From assembly GCA_902566955.1 (NCBI GenBank), contig CACFKX010000001.1, positions 1,813 through 65,812 of the forward strand: a DNA stretch of 64,000 nt, given 5' to 3'. The notes below the pieces were generated by a model that had not been told where the DNA came from, did no database searches, and was given only the letters and a program-made list of their open reading frames with translations. Shown piece after piece: positions 59,767 to 64,000 of the stretch. Every line of letters starts with the position of its first letter. The first letter of the stretch is position 1. This DNA comes from an uncultured SAR86 cluster bacterium. GTDB taxonomy: Bacteria; Pseudomonadota; Gammaproteobacteria; Magnimaribacterales; AG-339-G14. Position numbers and translations under genes: made by a program.

Positions 59767-61017
59767 TTAGTAATTGAGATTATCACTACTAATTTCATCA
59801 AAATATTTTTGAATGACATCAAATTTTTCATTGCCCCCATACATTATTTCGTTTAAAAGTCTTTCTTTACCAGGAGGCGGTGGAACTTCTTCCTTGTTTT
59901 TAATTTTATTAATCAATTCAAAAGCTTCATTTTCTGAACTCACACAATGAACGGCATTATATTTCTCATAAAGTGTTTCATTTGTATTTAAAAACGATGG
60001 ATAAATTACCTTTTTTCCTTGAATTAAAGCCTCTATTCCTATGGAGCCGCCAATAACAATCACAAGATCACTCCAATCGATCAATGCAGGCGAATGGATT
60101 TCGTTTCCAACCCAGTCTGCGAAACTTGGTCCTAATGTTTCCCTAGATTTATTTGAATCATAAAAAGATTTTCCTTCTCTGGTTGCATCCTTTACAACTA
60201 TGGACAATCCATCTAAGTGAGTTAAATTAGATAAAAAATTAAATATCTCTGTATTTTTTAAGTTATATTCTTTTTGAAATTGCATAAAAACAATCTTAAG
60301 TTTTTCACCGCAATCATCTTTTACATAATCGCCGCAAATATTTTTATTTATTTCAGACCACTCTGGATTAAACCTTAAACTCCCCCATACTTGTGTTTTT
60401 TCCGGAATGAAACCCCATTTAATCCATCCATCTCTTCTTGTAGGATTCTGAAAAACATAATAATCAAAATGCGAAGTGTCTTTCTGATCAATTTGATGGC
60501 CTTTCTGCAGTTTTTTTCTATATCCCTCTGTGACATCACTATTAACAAAAATATTACATCCATGAGGTAAAGCAAAAGTTGTTATACCTATAGCCTTAGC
60601 AGCAAAAAAATATTTTTCTATTTTATCGCCTCTTGCATACGGCGTGGACCACTCAAAAATACAAGCATTAATATTTCTCATTCTTAAAAAATTCATTTGG
60701 TCAGATATATTAAAAAAAAACTTTCTATAGATTTTTCCAAGGAAAGAATCGGGATTTCTGTAAGATTGATAAATTTTTCTTAAAGCTTTTGTTAGAAGAT
60801 TTTTTGAATTAAAAAAATATTCAAAAATTTCATCTTCATCGTAAATGACTTCTAAATTTTTTAGCCCTATATAATTTATTCGATAATCATTTTCTATTTT
60901 TAATTGAGTAGTAATTAAAAGTATAGGTTTTTGACCTTCTTTGACACACTTCCATATCAACGGAGAAAAATGATCTAGATCGTTATAAGCTCTTATAAAG
61001 AAAACATTATTTTTCAT
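59767..61017 (-). CDS. Hypothetical protein, possible GT-B-like fold
   Basis: 416 aa; only weak cue DLVIVIGGSIGIEALIQGKKVIY; no catalytic motif recognised. Confidence 0.3.
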   Translation of the reverse strand: MKNNVFFIRAYNDLDHFSPLIWKCVKEGQKPILLITTQLKIENDYRINYIGLKNLEVIYDEDEIFEYFFNSKNLLTKALRKIYQSYRNPDSFLGKIYRKFFFNISDQMNFLRMRNINACIFEWSTPYARGDKIEKYFFAAKAIGITTFALPHGCNIFVNSDVTEGYRKKLQKGHQIDQKDTSHFDYYVFQNPTRRDGWIKWGFIPEKTQVWGSLRFNPEWSEINKNICGDYVKDDCGEKLKIVFMQFQKEYNLKNTEIFNFLSNLTHLDGLSIVVKDATREGKSFYDSNKSRETLGPSFADWVGNEIHSPALIDWSDLVIVIGGSIGIEALIQGKKVIYPSFLNTNETLYEKYNAVHCVSSENEAFELINKIKNKEEVPPPPGKERLLNEIMYGGNEKFDVIQKYFDEISSDNLNY

Positions 61018-62069
61018 ATCTTTGAATAATACTCCTTATACCAATCAACAAAGTTTGATATGCCCTCCTTGAATTCTATGGTGGGACGGTAATTTAGGTC
61101 AGTATGTAGGTCACTAACATCAGCAAAGGTTTTTTCTACATCACCTGGTTGCATACCAACCATTCTTTTTTTTATTTTTAACTCTAACTTCTTTTCGAGC
61201 TCCTCGATAAAATCTAAAAGATTTATTGGATTACTATTACCTATATTATAAATTCTAAAAGGTGCGCTCGAGCTATTAGATTTACTTCCATCCTTTTTCC
61301 AATCAATATTTTCCTCTGCTGGATTTTCTATAACTTTTAAGACACCCTTAACGATGTCATCAATATATGTAAAATCTCGAATCATCTTGCCATTGTTATA
61401 TATCTCTATTTCTTCATTGTTGAGCGCTGCCTTTACAAACTTGAATAGAGCCATATCTGGTCTGCCCCATGGACCATAAACAGTAAAAAATCTTAAACCG
61501 GTCGATTTGATCCCATATAAATGAGAGTAAGTATGAGCCATTAACTCATTGCTTTTTTTTGTTGATGCATAAAGACTGATTGGGTGGTCGGTATTACCAT
61601 CAGTTCTTAGAGGATATTTATCATTCAAGCCATATACTGATGAGCTAGAAGCAAAAGAGAGGTTTTTAATTTTATGAATTTTGCAATTTTCAAGAATGTT
61701 CAAGAAACCTGTGATATTTGAATTTATGTATGAGTAGGGATCTTCTAGTGAGTACCTAACACCGGCCTGTGCAGCTAAATTACATACTGAATCAAGATCA
61801 GTATTCTTAAAAAAATTATTAACATCTTCCGTATTAGATAGATCTATTTTAAAAAATTTAAAATTACTAAACTTGTCAGAGTTGAAATATTTCTTGTTTG
61901 ATTTTTTTTTTAAGTCTATCCCAAGCTGTTTTAATCTTGCAATTTTAAGATTAACATCATAATAAGCATTTAAAGAATCTAAACCTATAACTTGATATCC
62001 CCTTTCGATAAGAGCTTTGGAAACGTGAAATCCTATGAAACCGGCAGATCCAGTTAATAATACTTTCAT
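61014..62069 (-). CDS. UDP-glucuronate 4-epimerase-like SDR
   Basis: 351 aa; LLTGSAGFIGFHVSKALIERGYQVIGLDSLNAYYDVNLKIARL, SSSSVYG, YASTK; next to ugd. Confidence 0.75.
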   Translation of the reverse strand: MKVLLTGSAGFIGFHVSKALIERGYQVIGLDSLNAYYDVNLKIARLKQLGIDLKKKSNKKYFNSDKFSNFKFFKIDLSNTEDVNNFFKNTDLDSVCNLAAQAGVRYSLEDPYSYINSNITGFLNILENCKIHKIKNLSFASSSSVYGLNDKYPLRTDGNTDHPISLYASTKKSNELMAHTYSHLYGIKSTGLRFFTVYGPWGRPDMALFKFVKAALNNEEIEIYNNGKMIRDFTYIDDIVKGVLKVIENPAEENIDWKKDGSKSNSSSAPFRIYNIGNSNPINLLDFIEELEKKLELKIKKRMVGMQPGDVEKTFADVSDLHTDLNYRPTIEFKEGISNFVDWYKEYYSKI

Positions 62070-62100
62070 TAAAGATAACCCTCTTCAAAAATCATTTATT

Positions 62101-63027
62101 TTAATTATTTCTAATGATAGTTAGAAAGGTTCTTATTCTCTCTCTATTCAAATCAAAGATGAGAAAAAATAGAGAGGAAACTATAAAACCAAGCAATGTT
62201 ATGGTTATACATAAAGTTGATCTAGCTGGAGCTATTTTTAATTCCGGAAGATGAGGTTTATCAATTATTTTTAGTGCGTACTCGTCAGAAATCTCTGAAA
62301 ACATTAAAGATCTTATTGTTTGCTCCATTATCCGTGAAAGGATATTTTTTACCTCGATAAGATTAGATTTGGATATTTGATCCTCTAAATAATTTATAGA
62401 TGCATTCAGATCGTCAACTTCCATAGATTTAATTGTTTCATTCAAAAGGTTGATGACTTTACTTAGATGAGCTCTTGCTATTATTGGCGATTCACTTTGC
62501 ATTGAGGCCTCAATAAATCCTGACTCAATATTTTTCTTAATGGAAAATTTGTCTAGAAATTTTATTTGTGCGTCTAAAAAAGAGGGTTTTTTAGTACCAG
62601 TGATTGAAGAACTATCAGGCAACCAACTCATGGTTTTTACATCAAAAACTTCATCATCAAGTTTTATATTTTCATTTGGTCTATATCTCTTTATTGCAAC
62701 CATTTCAGCTATAAATTGGTCGTCTTGATATAAAAGGAGGAAAAATTCTTTTGATTTTGAAACTTGAATTGCTAAATTTGACTTATCTGATCCATCTAAG
62801 TTCAGATTAATGCCTGCAATTGCTGATAAATTGCCCAAGGTACCCATGCTTGATGAAAGGTTATTTTCAGAGTGCTTAGCGGGAACTAAAATAGAGTCGG
62901 ATTTATAAATATTACTTAAACTTAAGGCATAAATGACTGAATAAATAGCAAAAGCTAAGGTAATTAAAAAAATATAATATTTTCTCTTCAAAGAAAGTAT
63001 CAAGAGTTCTCTCAGATCAAAATGCAT
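62101..63027 (-). CDS. wzz: Wzz-like chain-length determinant protein
   Basis: 308 aa; N-terminal TM after DLRELL, coiled central region, P-rich segment then C-terminal TM (PELKIAPARSTLCITITLLGFIV). Confidence 0.7.
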   Translation of the reverse strand: MHFDLRELLILSLKRKYYIFLITLAFAIYSVIYALSLSNIYKSDSILVPAKHSENNLSSSMGTLGNLSAIAGINLNLDGSDKSNLAIQVSKSKEFFLLLYQDDQFIAEMVAIKRYRPNENIKLDDEVFDVKTMSWLPDSSSITGTKKPSFLDAQIKFLDKFSIKKNIESGFIEASMQSESPIIARAHLSKVINLLNETIKSMEVDDLNASINYLEDQISKSNLIEVKNILSRIMEQTIRSLMFSEISDEYALKIIDKPHLPELKIAPARSTLCITITLLGFIVSSLFFLIFDLNRERIRTFLTIIRNN

Positions 63028-63039
63028 AATGATTTACTT

Positions 63040-63126
63040 TGGTACCCGGGGCCGGACTTGAACCGGCACGAAGTTGCCTTCGAGGGATTTTAAGTCCCTT
63101 GTGTCTACCAATTCCACCACCCGGGC
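63040..63126 (-). tRNA. tRNA-Leu (anticodon UAA), type II with long variable arm
   Basis: Reverse complement GCCCGGGTGGTGGAATTGGTAGACACAAGGGACTTAAAATCCCT...GGTTCAAGTCCGGCCCCGGGTACCA; anticodon loop CTTAAAA; near-identical architecture to E. coli leuZ; 87 nt. Confidence 0.9.
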
Positions 63127-63129
63127 AAC

Positions 63130-64000
63130 TTAATTAGTTTCATCTCCTACTATGGCTCTTCCTTTTAATTCTTCCCAATCTTTTTCGGGTCGAACTTTTA
63201 AATTTGTGTTCCATGCTCCCTTGAGAACACTTAAATTTATACCGATTTTATCACCAAAATTGATGAGTGCTTGTATATCTTTTGGGAAACAACTACCTCC
63301 AAAACCTTTTTTGCCATCTGGGCCAGGAACCTGAGTATGCGAGTGACCAATTCTCCCATCTCTAACAAAACCCTCTATAACTGTAGGCCAATCTGCATCT
63401 ATTTCATCTGAAAGTAATTTCATTTCATTTAAAAAAGAAACTTTTGTTGCGAAATAGCAATTACAAACATATTTGATTAATTCTGCAGTTTCAAAATTTG
63501 TTCTAATGACAGAGATAGAATTACCAAACCTTGACTTATATAGATCTTCGACTTTTTTTGTTAATTTATCATTACCGCCTAAAATGAATCTTGTCTGACT
63601 TATAAAATCAAAATTTGCTGACCTCTCAGTCAAAAACTCTGGATTGAATACTATATTTAATTTTGGAAATTTCTTTTGAATTTCTCTTGACGTGCCAGGA
63701 GTTATTGTTGATCTTAATAAATAAATACAATCAAAATTTGAGGACCTCACAGCTTCTTCATTAATTTCATTAATACAGTTATGCAATACATCCAAGTTTA
63801 TAGACCCATCAGCATTGGAGGGTGTTGGAACTGAAATAAATGCATACTCACAATTTATTACAATATCTCTCAAGTTATGCGTAGACCTTTCAGGATTTTT
63901 ATCGTGTATGAGAATATCTGCATCATATCCTGTAGACTGACCAAATCCATTTGCTACAGCCGAGCCAACAAAGCCCTTACCGATGATCCCTATTGAGGTT
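63130..64000 (-). CDS. ugd: UDP-glucose 6-dehydrogenase (5' end beyond window)
   Basis: GFGGSCFPKD active-site Cys motif. The frame stays open upstream of the called TTG to the window edge and encodes IGIIGKGFVGSAVANGF (Rossmann). Confidence 0.8.
   Translation of the reverse strand, partial: TSIGIIGKGFVGSAVANGFGQSTGYDADILIHDKNPERSTHNLRDIVINCEYAFISVPTPSNADGSINLDVLHNCINEINEEAVRSSNFDCIYLLRSTITPGTSREIQKKFPKLNIVFNPEFLTERSANFDFISQTRFILGGNDKLTKKVEDLYKSRFGNSISVIRTNFETAELIKYVCNCYFATKVSFLNEMKLLSDEIDADWPTVIEGFVRDGRIGHSHTQVPGPDGKKGFGGSCFPKDIQALINFGDKIGINLSVLKGAWNTNLKVRPEKDWEELKGRAIVGDETN

Noticed and set aside
24066-64000. Search of the island for defence systems (restriction-modification, toxin-antitoxin, Cas, abortive infection) or prophage genes.
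   Set aside because: Every ORF of 100 aa or more is explainable as a glycan biosynthesis or export enzyme or a membrane protein. The methyltransferases have small-molecule or sugar-type motifs, not DNA methyltransferase motifs (no DPPY/NPPY or PCQ).

Overview
AT-rich, very compact bacterial chromosome segment. Gene order (thrS-infC-rpmI-rplT-pheS-pheT-ihfA-MerR, DjlA) and an E. coli leuZ-like tRNA-Leu point to a genome-streamlined marine gammaproteobacterium; the lineage is inference only. Positions 1-24 kb are mostly core genes: fumC fragment, class II aldolase, WecA-like transferase, PAP2 phosphatase, acyl-CoA dehydrogenase, photolyase, tRNA-Pro, the translation-factor and ribosomal protein block, pdxH, djlA, a DUF35/thiolase pair and RNase D. 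The exception is an orphan two-gene unit at 8.1-11.6 kb: a Gly/Ser-linker lipoprotein plus a 1,053-aa Cys/Trp/Asp-rich secreted protein. From about 24 kb to the window end lies a roughly 40-kb, even more AT-rich cell-surface glycan island, almost all on the minus strand with 1-30 nt gene overlaps. It holds Wzx, Wzy and Wzz, several GT2/GT4 transferases and many SDR epimerases. It also holds two NeuB-type synthases (one inside a 1,044-aa four-domain fusion), carbamoyl-, O-acyl-, methyl- and sulfo-transferases, and a GtrA/GtrB/GT-C-like module with its own unusual donor-synthesis genes (GatZ-like, nucleotidyltransferase-kinase fusion, KdsC-like, AroE-like). A further block couples an HpcH/HpaI pyruvate aldolase to a KdsB-like cytidylyltransferase. 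No CRISPR array, transposase, integrase or recognisable defence system was seen. All functional calls rest on reading motifs by eye; no searches were run.
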